Assembly (NCBI RefSeq): GCF_036365525.1
Contig: NC_090399.1
Span: 8,493,558-8,557,557, forward strand
Length of the DNA: 64,000 nt
Source: Heterodontus francisci
Taxonomy: Eukaryota
Direction of reading: 5' to 3'
Shown here: one piece after another, positions 24,480-35,170 of the stretch
How the letters are laid out: each line of letters opens with the position of its first letter
How positions within the stretch are numbered: position 1 is the stretch's first letter
Program-made: the position numbers and the translations under genes
The notes under the pieces: generated by a model
Told to the model about the DNA's origin: nothing
The model's input: only the letters and a program-made list of their open reading frames with translations
Database searches by the model: none

Positions 24480-26826
24480 ACTTTCAAGAATTGATTCTCT
24501 TACAAGAGTTTAAACACTCCATTCCTTCAGTAGTGAGAACTCATAGATAACCTGAAAGATTTGAAAGGTATGCAAGCAGCGGAAATTGCTGATGACTTTG
24601 AGCTTGTGAATAAACCAACCTATTTTTTGCGTCACCCGCCTAAACCCGAGAAGGATAGAAAGTGGGAGAGTGAAAGGAAGGCAAGTAGTCGGGGAGAAGT
24701 TGGAAGACCAAATCACGCATAAGCTGACATTATTACTGGCCAGGTCTTACAAAGGATGTGAGACAATTTTGTAGACAATGCCATACCTCTCAAATGGTGG
24801 GAAAACTACAAGTTACCATAAAACCAGGGGATGAAGTATTAATGTTGTTCCCATTACATGGAGAACCATTAAAAGCACAGTTCAGTGGCCCATATAGAGT
24901 GATTAAAAGAGTGGGTAAGGTAGACTACTTGATTGACACCCAGAAGAAGAACCAGTTGTGTCACATCAATATGCTAAAGGAATATTATCACAGGAAGGAG
25001 GATAAGCCAGTACAGGTATGTCAAGTAATCGAGATGGTTGAGAAGGAAAAGGATAGTGAGGATCAGTCAGAAGCAGGCCTAAAAAATTCTCAGATTGAAC
25101 CTCCAACTATCAGATTACTGGATACAGAATGGCTAGGAAAATTAAACAATATGCTTTTACACTTAGAGGCAAATCAACACGAAGACCTAACCAGGCTTTT
25201 CCCAACATTTAAAAGGGTTTGTAGGGATAAGCCGGGATGTACAACCTTAGCCATACATGATGAACCATTCCTTTAAAACAACATTCTTGCCACTTATGTC
25301 CAGACAGATAGGCCCAAGTGGAAGCAGAGGTCCAATGCATGCTGAAGGGCAGCTTAGTTGAACCTAGTCAGGACAGCTGGAATTTGCGGGTGGTCTTGAT
25401 ACCTAAACCCGGTGGGTCAGCTCAAACTTGCATAGACTTTCGAAAAGTCACTGTGCTAAACAAGGCAGACTCCTACCCAAATTCTCATTTAAAAGAGAAT
25501 GTATGGACAGAGTGGGCAACACCATGTGTCTTCAAGAGACAAATGTGTTGGAGGGATACAGTCACATTCCTTTGACACCCCAAGATAAGAAAAAAATCAG
25601 CTTCTGTTACACCGTACAGAGTTCTCCAGTATCACGTAATGCCTCACAGGTTAAGGGGTACTCAGGAAACTTCTCAAAGGGTAGTGAACCTAATAGTTGT
25701 CAGTGCTCCTAGCTGTGCAGTTCACCTGGCTGAGGTGATGGATAATAGGGACACTTGGAAGGAAAATACATTACAATTGGAAAACTATGCTTGGAAATTT
25801 GAAATTGGGACAACCTTTTGAAAACTTAAAGCCAAAAATGTTCTGGTGGAACTTGCTGCTGTAGTCTAAACATTTTAGAAAAAGTGTGTATCTGTAAATG
25901 CGGGACAAATATGTTCGTGTTTTTTTCAATTTGTATTTTTTACATTGTAATGAAGCACATTTCGGACTGGTGTTTCATTTCGCCAGTATATGCGGTGTGA
26001 CTTTAAGACAGCAAAGGAGCAGTTCTGCTTGAAGACAGCAAAATCAGAAGTTACATAGGAAAGAGCATCTTGGTTGCCTTGGATACAACCATACAGAGAG
26101 GCATACAAGCCAGTCTCAGAAGTTACCAAGGAAAGTGCATCTTGGTTGCCTTGGACACAAATTTAGTGACTGAGAACAGGATATGCAATGTTGCGATTGA
26201 CTTTTAAAAACTTTTTTTGCAGAGACAGACACAGCTGGGCCAACATGAACTGAAACGAGATCTCCATCAATTTAAACTGAAGGAGGTGAATTTAGACTGA
26301 CTTTTTTTTAACCCCTCAAAATTCTAAAGGTTAAGCCAGATTGATTTTTTTGAAAATGGTCACGAGTTTTTGATCTGTTGTGGTCATTGCTGGAAGCAAG
26401 AGGAGTTTGAAGCTTCGGATGTTGGACTGGATTCCCGCATCCCTCATTGGACCCTGGAAGATTGCGAGTAGACTTTGAATCAGAGGACTGATCATCAGGA
26501 AGCATAAATCAGCAAGGACCTGTTATTGATATTGTTATTACTATTTTTAAATATTGTTTTATCTAAGTGGTGTTTAAGATTTTTATTTTTTTCTAATAAA
26601 CAGTTAATTTGTGGATATCTAAAGATACCTGGTTTGGTTCGCCTCATTCGAGGGGTTAACAGATTGTTCAATTCGGCTGTGGCTTTCTTTGATTTGGAAA
26701 AGCTAAGAGTGATATGTTATGCAATCTGTGGAGTGATGGGACTGAATTGACAGTGCATGGCTCCTGCCGCAATCAGAATCATCCATTTTGATTGGGGGCT
26801 TTGTCTTGAGTGGTCTTGTCGTAACA
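24480..26826 (+). mobile_element. Internally deleted Gmr1-like Gypsy LTR retrotransposon (IN before RT) with 3' LTR
   Basis: HYYWPGLTKDVRQFCRQCHT (IN zinc finger), then FSGPYRV (GPY/F), then VVLIPKPGG..CIDFRKV..ADSYP (RT N-terminus). LTR at ~25985-26826 ends GTCGTAACA. Confidence 0.8.
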
Positions 26827-26999
26827 CTGATGTGGGACACAGTAACGCAGAGTAAGTGACGGGTGGTACAGAATTATTCAAGCACGTATTCCATCTCTTC
26901 CTCCTCCACCTGGTTCCTCTTATGAATCCCACCCTGGCTGCAGCCTCCTTTTTTCCAGGACTCAGGATCTCCTGGAGAGACTAGAGAAGCTGGGAATAG

Positions 27000-27362
27000 T
27001 CTCTTCCAATCAAAGATGGTAAAGGGAAGATTTAACACAGGTGTTCAAAATTATCTGGGGTCTTGAGAGGCAGAATCCAGTTCTACTGGCAGGAGGGTTG
27101 GCAACCAAAGGATACAGATCTCAGGTAATTGTCAAAAGAAGCACAGCGGGAGAGGAGAAGATTTTTTTTAGAAAAACACAACTTGTTATGATCTGGACCA
27201 CTGCCTGAAAGGGTGGGGGAGCAGATTTAATTACAACTTTCAAAATGAAAGTAGATGACAAACAAAATGCTGGATTATGGAGAAAGAGCAGGGGAGTTTG
27301 ATATCTCTTAGAAAATGGCATAGACATGATGGGCTCAATGGCCTCCATCTGTGCTGTATGAT
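27000..27362 (+). mobile_element. CR1 3' fragment
   Basis: Degenerate ORF2 C-terminus and GGGCTCAATGGCCTCC..GTGCTGTA 3' UTR. Confidence 0.65.
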
Positions 27363-28589
27363 TCAAGGCAGCTGCGTAGAGGGACTGGTCTAACACCTGG
27401 GAGAATGGAGAGATACTTACAGTGGTGAAATATACTTTAAACTGGTATCACAGAACTCCAGGCAGGGAGTGAAGTATGTCCTGAGAAACCCAGTCAATAT
27501 CTCCCACTGACGTCGGGTTGATTTCCACAAGTCACATGCTGTTCTTTAAAATACTTTTATTTGTCAGTAGAAGGATGAGGCAACATTGGACTAGTTTACA
27601 ATTAATCCAAAAAAGGTAGAATGAGTCACAACAATTAAAGAGAAAGCTCACTTTGTTGACAGTTATCACATATGGTTGATGCTACTTCAGGGTTTTTTAC
27701 CCCTCAGTTTTATCCAGGTTCTACAGCTGGGGCCAATATTCTACAAATGTACATATCCAGCCCATGTTTGGATTTGATGGTGAGCCCCTCTCGACAATGA
27801 TACCAGCCTTACAGTGTATGATATTCTACCAGATCACTATTGGGCACCACAGGCACTGACTTGTACTAAACAATGGGCCCAGCTCATCACTGAATGGGCA
27901 AAGCCAATCTCCTCAGACTGGTGGTATATTGCACCTTCAAAGTCAACATCAAAGGGACAATTTGCTCCTTCAATGTCAGCTACTGCCATGGATAACCCTA
28001 CTTTCATTCCAGTCATACACCGAGCGCTGCAGGGGAAAGGTTTTTGCATTGCTAAGTATTTAGGCCGCATTTGCTGACAACGGAACCTCTAGATGGTGCA
28101 GTATTGACACATGTGTAAATGCAGTCTCATCCACTGAAATGTCAGCCTGAGACATCTCAGGCAGCTGCCAGTAATAAAGATGGCGCTGCACAAAAATAAA
28201 TTAAACCCAAATCCCTTCAATTTCTGTTATCGCCACCTCCATCTGACCCCCAACAGTACCCTGCTCCCTCCTGCCACCGCGCTTCTCTTCACTGCTCCCT
28301 TACGTGCCCGTCTGCTTGCCGCTCGCTCCCCACCTTACCGCTGCCTCCCCATAGCCATTCGTTCCTGCCCTTGCTGCTTCTCCCCCCCCCGCCCCCCCCT
28401 CCCCGATCGCCCGTTCCAGGTCACGTCACTTCCCTTCTCTCGGCCATTCGCTCCTGCATCGCCCGTCGCTCCTCTGCCGCTCACTCCCTGCCGTGCCACA
28501 TTGGTGGCTCAGTCCCTGCAACCCTGCCCCCCCCACCACCGCTTCTTCGGGTGGTGTGGTGGGGAACGAACGGCTTTTTAAAATTTTTT

Positions 28590-28982
28590 TTTGTGGAATA
28601 TGGGCATCGCTGGCTCGGTCAGCATTTAATGCCCAGCCTTAATTTGCTTTTGAACCGAGTGGCTTGTTAGGCCATTTTAGAGAGCATTTTAAGAGTCAAC
28701 CACATTGCTGTGGGTCTGGAGTCACATGTAGGCCAGATCAGGTAAGGACAGCAGATTTTCTTCCCTCAAGGACATTAGTGAACCAGATGGGTTTTTACGA
28801 CAATCGACAATGGTTTTATGATCATCATTAGACTAGCTTTTTAATTCCAGATTTATTAATTGAATTCAAATTTCACCATCTGCCATGATGGGATTCAATC
28901 TCTTGTCCCCAGTACAATAGCCTGGGCTCTGGATTACTAGTCCAGTGATATTATCACACCATCACCATTACGCCACCGCCTC
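28590..28982 (-). mobile_element. tRNA-derived SINE
   Basis: Minus-strand head GGCGGTGGCGTAATGGTG..CACTGGACTAGTAATCCAGA..TTGAATCCC (A/B-box-like); 3' tail resembles the 8430-8935 LINE tail. Confidence 0.7.
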
Positions 28983-29164
28983 TCCTGAAGGGGGGGATGT
29001 GGTGAGGCGGGAAGCGAGTGGCTGAGGGGGGGAAGCAGTGAGGGCGAGAAGCAAGTGGCTGAGAGAAGGCAGCGGAGAAGCAGGATGGAGCGGGAAATTG
29101 AAAGCAGGGATGGCAGGAAGGAAATGGGTACTGTATAGGGGACTGGAGCCAGAGATCGCGGTTA

Positions 29165-29561
29165 TTGAGGGGTGAGGACGTCATTTCGTGGTGATGACAG
29201 CACCCACATGTGCTCATTCATTCTGGCAAGCAGGCAAATGTTCGCAAGCATTGATGACGTCCACGATCACTCTGAGCATGCACTGCATTGTCAGGAATTA
29301 CTTTGTATATAACCTCCTGTAAAAGCTCTTCGGAATACTCAACCTTTCTCTCCTCTCCATAGAAGTTAGAAACAAGGGGAATATCTTCACACAGATCTTG
29401 TTAAAAAGTTTTCCGGTTATGAAACTGCTGTGTGTAGTTGAGAGATGGGAAATAATCCTTGAATATTTAATTTTCAGACCCATTGATATTCCCCTTGTTT
29501 CTAACTTCTATGGGAGAGAGGAGAAAGGTTGTCACCACACAATAACGTCCTCACCCCTCAA
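29165..29561. repeat. Nested inverted-repeat (fold-back/MITE-like) element
   Basis: Outer IR 29165-29194 / 29532-29561 (27 of 30 match); inner ~46-bp IR 29340-29385 / 29485-29531. Confidence 0.85.
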
Positions 29562-29569
29562 CATGAAAG

Positions 29570-29982
29570 GCTGGTAAATTGGGCCTATACTATCTGGAGT
29601 TTAGAAGAATGAGAGGTAATCTCATTGTAACACACAAGATTCTGAAGGGATTTGACAGGGTCAACATGGAGAGGTTGTTTCCCCTGACTGGGGAATCTCA
29701 ACACAGAGGCATAGTTTCAGGATAGGGGGTCGATCATTTCGGACTGCGATAAGGACAAATTTCTTTTCTCAGAGGGTTGTGAATCTTTGGAATTCTCTAC
29801 CCCAGAGGGTTGTTCATGCTCCATCATTGAGTATATTTAAGGCTGTGATGGACAGATTTTCGACCTCTTAGGGAATCGAGGAATATGGGGAGTGGAGTTG
29901 AGACAGAAGATCAGCCATGATTGTACTGAATGGCAGAGCAGGCTCAAAGGGTCACATGGTCTACTCCTGCTCCTATTTCTCA
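29570..29982 (+). mobile_element. CR1 3' fragment
   Basis: LEFRRMRG.L..THKIL motif plus 3' UTR CTCCTGCTCCTATTTCT. Confidence 0.8.
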
Positions 29983-30073
29983 TTTAACGTTCTGGAGAAT
30001 ATTACGCCAATTGCTGAAGGAACCTATTTTTAAAACTATTTGAAATTTAAACAGGGATTTTAGAAGACATAAA

Positions 30074-30425
30074 GACAGTGGTGCAGTGGTTAGCACCGCA
30101 GCCTCACAGCTCCAGAGACCCGGGTTCAATTCCGGGTACTGCCTGTGTGGAGTTTGCAAGTTCTCCCTGTGTCTGCGTGGGTTTCCTCCGGGTGCTCCGG
30201 TTTCCTTCCACATGCCAAAGACTTGCAGGTTGTTAGGTTAATTGGTCATTATAAATTGCCCATAGTATAGGTAGGTGGTAGGTAAATATAGGGACAGGTG
30301 GGGATGTGGTAGGAATATGGGATTAGTGTAGGATTAGTATAAATGGGTGGATGATGGTTGGCACAGACTCGGTGGGCCGAAGGGCCTGGTTCAGTGCTGT
30401 ATCTCTAAACTAAAACTAAACTAAA
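30074..30425 (+). mobile_element. HE1-type V-SINE
   Basis: A box TGGTGCAGTGG, B box GGTTCAATTCC, V-domain TGTGTGGAGTTTGCA..GGGTTTCCTCCGGGTGCTCCGGTTTCC, CR1-like tail GGGCCGAAGGGCCTG and (CTAAA)n. Confidence 0.9.
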
Positions 30426-30469
30426 TGACTTCGCCAAAGTTGTTAATGTTTAAATAGATATTTACTAAC

Positions 30470-30814
30470 CTACAACTTTCAGTGTAAGTGCGTTTTCTTC
30501 AGAATTGGTTCTGTTGTCAACTAAACATGTATATTCCCCTTTATCAGATATTGTTGTGCCCTTTATTCTAAGGGAAATGGCTCCTTTAGTCAGTTCATCT
30601 TTAATCAATTCAGTCCTTCCTCTGTAATCCTTGTGTTGAACAACTGTATCATCTCCATTTCTGTACACATGTACTGGTGAATCGAGTCCTGATTTAAGCC
30701 ACTGCACCACCATGTTACTGGCGGATAGAGCTGGCACAAGCTGACATTCCAATAGAGTATCTTCACCCACAATGGCTACAACAGGATCATCAGGTCCAAT
30801 GACAAGAAATTTAC
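30470..30814 (-). CDS. IgV exon of butyrophilin/B7-family gene 2
   Basis: 345-nt phase 1-1 exon: (G)KFLVIGPDDPVVAIVGEDTLLECQL...VQWLK...YRGRTELIKDELTKGAISLRI...DKGEYTC...LTLKVV, with canonical C-W-C, D.G.Y.C and the BTN-like YRGRT. Donor G|GTTAGT; the acceptor is an atypical GAG. Confidence 0.93.
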
Positions 30815-31021
30815 CTCATGAACAAGATTTCAAAATAAAAATCGATTATTCATTTAATCTATAAAAGATAAAATACATTTAAAGTAGCTGATCATGTAAA
30901 ATATATAGTACAACATACAATTCCACCAGAATGTTACTTCTTAAAAAAAGTGAACTCGGAAAGTTATTGATTCTGATTTAATAGCAAATTGAAAATTATT
31001 AATTTGATAGATTTCTGGAGA

Positions 31022-33708
31022 TTAGAGTCATAGAGTCAGACAGCATAGAAACAGGCCCTTCGGCCCACTGCACCCATGCCGACCATAATGCCTATCTATA
31101 CTAATCCCACCTGCCTGCATTAATTCCATATCCCTCTATGTCTTCTTCATTCAAGTACCTGTCCAGATGCCTCTGAAATGTTGCTACTGTTCCTGCCTCC
31201 ACCACCTCCTCAGGCAGCTCATTCCAGATACCCACTATGCTTTGTGTGAAAAATTTACCCCTTTGATCCCCTTTAAACCTACTCCCTCTCACCTTAAATC
31301 TATGCCCTCTAGTTTTAGTCACCCCTACCATGGGAAACAGACTCTGGATATCTACCCTATCTATGTCTCTCATAATTTTATATACCTCTATCATGTCCCC
31401 TCTCAGCCTCCTTTGCTCCAGGCAAAACAGACCCAGCCTATCCAATCTCTCTTTATAACTCAAGTCCTCCAAACCAGGCAACATCCTTGTGAATCTTTTC
31501 TGCACCCTCTCTAGCTTAATCACATCTTTCCTGTAGTGCGGCAACCAGAACTACACACAGTACTCCAAATGCGGCCTAACCAACGTTATGTACAACTGTA
31601 ACATGACGTCCCAACTCTTGTACTCAATGCCTCGGCTGATGAAGGCAAGCATGCCATAAGCCTTCTTCACCACCCTGTTTACCTGTGTTGCCACTTTCAG
31701 GGAACTATGTACTTGCACCCCAAGGTCTCTCTGCTCAACAACACTCCCCAGGGCCCTGCCATTCACTGTGTATGTCCTGCCCTGGTTTAACTTCCCAAAA
31801 TGCATCACTTCGCACTTGTCTGCGTTAAATTCCATTTGCCAATCCCTTGCCCACTTTCCCAGTTGATCTATATCCTGTTGTAACCTTAGACAACCTTCTT
31901 CATTGTCCACTATACCACCAATTCTGGTGTCATCTGCAAACCGACTAATCATGCCCCCTACATTCACATCCAAGTCATTAATATATATGACAAACAACAG
32001 AGGGCCCAGCACTGATCCCTGCGGCACACCACTGGTCACTGGACTCCAATCTGAAAAACAACCCTCCACTGCTAAAAAAAAATTTAAAAAAATAAAAAAT
32101 AAAAATAAAATAAATAAAAAAATAAATAAAAATAAAATAAATACCACCCTCTGCCTCCTATCCTAAGTCAATTTTGTATCCAATTGGCTAGCTCACCCTG
32201 GATTCTATGTGTTCGAACCTTCCGGACCAGCCTACCATGCGGGACCTTGTCAAAGGCCTTGCTAAAGTCCATGTAGACAACGTCCATTGCCTTGCCCTCG
32301 TCAATCCTCTTGGTCAACTCCTCAAAAAACTCAATCAAATTTGTGAGACATGATTTCCTATGCACAAAGCCATGCTGACTATCTCTAATCAGACCTTGTC
32401 TTTCCAAATGCATATAAATCCTGTCTCTCAGAATCCCTTCCAATAGCTTTCCCACCACTGATGTAAGGCTCACCGGCCTGTAGTTCCCTGGCTTATCCCT
32501 GCTGCCCTTCTTAAATAAAGGAACATTAGCTATCCTCCAGTCTTCCGGTACCTCACCCATGGCTAACGATGATACAAAATTCTCTGCCAGGTCTCCAGCA
32601 ATCTCCTCCCTTGCTTTCCATAGCATCCGAGGATACACCTGGTCAGGCCCTGGGGACTTATCCACCTTAATGTGCTTCAAAGCCTCCAACACCTCCTCCT
32701 TTGTAATGTTGATACGCTCCAGGATATTGCTGTTCCCTCCCTTGAAATCACTAGCTTCCATGACCTTCTCCACGGTAAATACAGATGAGAAGTATTCATT
32801 TAAGACCTCGCCCATTTCCCGAGCCTCCACACATAGATTACCTCTCTTTGGCCTCCTTATCTCGAGAGACAATGGGTAAGCGCCTGGAGGTGGTCAGTGG
32901 TTTGTGGAGCAGCGCCTGGAGTGGCTATAAAGGCCAATTCTAGAGTGACAGGCTCTTCCACAGGTGCTGCAGAAAAATGTGTTTGTCGGGGCTGTTACAC
33001 AGTTGGCTCTCCCCTTGCGCCTCTGTCTTTTTTCCTGCCAACTACTAAGTCTCTTCGACTCGCTACACTTTAGCCCCGCCTTTATGGCTGCCCGCCAGCT
33101 CTGGCGAACGCTGGCAACTGACTCCCATGACTTGTGATCAATGTCACAGGATTTCATGTCGCGTTTGCAGACGTCTTTAAAGCGGAGACATGGACGGCTG
33201 GTTACCACACTGATCCTTAAGGGGACCTACTCTCTCCCTAGCTACTCTTTTACTCTTAATATACTTATAGAATCTTTTAGGATTCTCCTTTATCTTATCT
33301 GCCAGGGAAATCTCATGGCCCATTTTAGCCCTCCTAATTTCCTTCTTAAGTGTAGTCCTACATCCCCTATACTCCTCGAGGGACTCGCTCGATCCCAGCT
33401 GCCTATACCTGACATATGCCTCCTTCTTTGCCCTGACCAGACCCTCAATATCCCTCGTCAACCAAGGTTCCCTCAACTTGCCAGCCTTGCCCTTCCATTT
33501 AACAGGAACATGCCGGTCCTGAACTCTTCCTATCTCACTTTTAAAAGCCTCCCACTTGCCAGACGTCCCTTTACCTACAAACAGCCTCTCCCATTCAACT
33601 TTTGAGAGTTCCTGTCTGATGCCATCGAAATTAGCCTTCCCCCAATTTAGGACTTCAACTTGAGGACCAGTCCTATCCTTTTCCATAACTATCTTGAAGC
33701 TAATAGAG
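31022..33708 (-). mobile_element. CR1 LINE with an A-rich insertion (32073-32142) and a nested RTE
   Basis: ORFs 33177-33686, 32168-32872, 31551-32147 and 31101-31544 are consecutive CR1 ORF2 pieces; (TGACTCTA)n tail near 31022. Confidence 0.93.
32843..33201 (-). mobile_element. RTE-clade LINE 3' fragment
   Basis: RPCLRFKDVCKRDMK...C..CGRAC.SRIGLYSHSR C-terminus; 5-bp TSD TTACC (32838-32842 / 33202-33206); same family as 43507-45599. Confidence 0.9.
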
Positions 33709-33789
33709 GGGGCTACAGATCAGGAGAGGTGAAGCCATGGAGGGATTTGAAAAGAAGGCTGGAAATTCTTTTTAAAAATGACTCTTTAC

Positions 33790-33872
33790 CAGAAGCCACG
33801 TCGATGAAAGAATCTTAACATGAAGTTACTGGATAAACGGTTTATTTCGAGAAAACGAGACGCAGCAGTTCT
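33790..33872 (-). pseudogene. Possible degenerate leader exon of gene 2
   Basis: caatAG|...TTCATCGACGTGGCTTCTG|GTaaag. The phase-1 end reads FIDVAS(G) onto KFLVIG, but that frame has TAA stops upstream and the nearest ATG is out of frame. Confidence 0.3.
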
Positions 33873-34218
33873 CTATTGGGTTGAATTATTTGACTTTAAA
33901 TATAAACACCCAGCGGGTCAGGTTTCATTTAATGGTTGTCACAAGACTATCTCTTCCTGGTCTCTGTGTTTGACTCTGACAGTTTCATGTCTAAAATGTT
34001 CTCTCCCTCCCGTTCCCTTATCCTGATAGGACCCAGTTCCAGACACTGTTCCTGTGATTAGAGACATTTAGAAAGTTTTCACTGTTTCACTGGACAATCT
34101 CCAGCAGCTCCCCGTTCAACTCCTTGTATTTGATCAGGACCTTTCACCATTAATAAAAACAGCCCAATCTCACTGGGAATAAAACCTACCCTGAAAATAA
34201 AGAATATTTCACACTCAC

Positions 34219-34300
34219 CTCTTACTTTCAATCTAATAAAAGATTTTCTGCCTTTTCTTCACCAGTCTGTAAGGAGTCAGCATGTTCACAGCAGCTACTC
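34219..34300 (-). other. Possible 5' UTR exon of gene 2
   Basis: Consensus donor AG|GTGAGT at 34219/34218 in unique DNA upstream of the IgV exon; only a short upstream ORF. Confidence 0.3.
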
Positions 34301-34523
34301 CCTGAAAAATCTCACTTTCCAGATGAATGTCAGTCTCTCCTTTCTAATCAGTGGCTCTTGGCTCAGAGCCTCTTTTCATTAAACCCTGAAGGAGTCACTG
34401 AGTTCCCTCAGAGACATCAATCCATCCCGGACAATCAGAGCATCAGAGACACAAGGAGAATCACCGACACGACCTCTCCATCACCCCGCCCCCTCTCCCC
34501 GTCACCCCGTCCCTCTCTCCCCA

Positions 34524-34910
34524 TAGAAACATAGAAAATAGCAGCAGGAATAGGCCATTTGGCCCTTCGGGCCTGCCCCGCCATTCAAAAAAGATCATGG
34601 CTGATCGTCATTTGAGTATCCTGTTCCCGCTTTTTCCCCATATCCCTTGATCCCTTTGGCATTAATAAATATATCTATCTCCTTCTTGGATATATTTAAT
34701 AACTTGGCCTCCACTGCCTTCTGCAGTAGAGAATTCCACAGGTTCACCACCCTCTGAGTGAAGAAATTTCTCCTCATCTCGGTTCTAAATGGCATTCCCC
34801 ATATCCTGAGACTGTGAGCCCTGGTTCTGGACTCCCCAGCCATTGGGAACATTTTCCCTGCATCTAGCCTGTCTAGTTCTGTTAGTATTTTATAGATTTC
34901 TATGAGATCC
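34524..34910 (-). mobile_element. CR1 3' fragment
   Basis: FRTEMRRNFFTQRVVNLWNSL; (TTTCTATG)n tail. Confidence 0.85.
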
Positions 34911-35170
34911 CCCCATCACCCTGCCCCGTCACCCCACCCCCTCTTTCCGTCACCCTGCCCCCTCTCCCCATCACCCCTCCCCCCCATCTCCATCCCCCCG
35001 TCCTTGTCCACCTCACTCCCGATCACGACTCCCCCTTCCCCCCCCACTTCTCTACCCCTCCCCTGACTCACTCTCTTCTCTCCCTCCCGTCCCCAACTCT
35101 CTCCCTCACCCTCACCCACTTCCCGCCCTCTCTCCCTTCCTACCCTCTCCATCTCCATACTCCTTCCTAT
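34911..35170. repeat. Pyrimidine-rich low-complexity tract (continues at 37158-37620)
   Basis: C/T-dominated on the + strand, split by a CR1 insertion. Confidence 0.85.

Noticed and set aside
27421-27480. 60-nt candidate exon with cAG/GTAAGT sites in the gene 2 intron
   Set aside because: It has stops in phases 0 and 1, so it is incompatible with the phase-1 BTN exon chain, and encodes no recognisable domain.
34070-34092. ISRE-like TTTCACTGTTTC near the gene 2 5' end
   Set aside because: Half-site spacing is 4 rather than 2, and the motif is too short to be significant.
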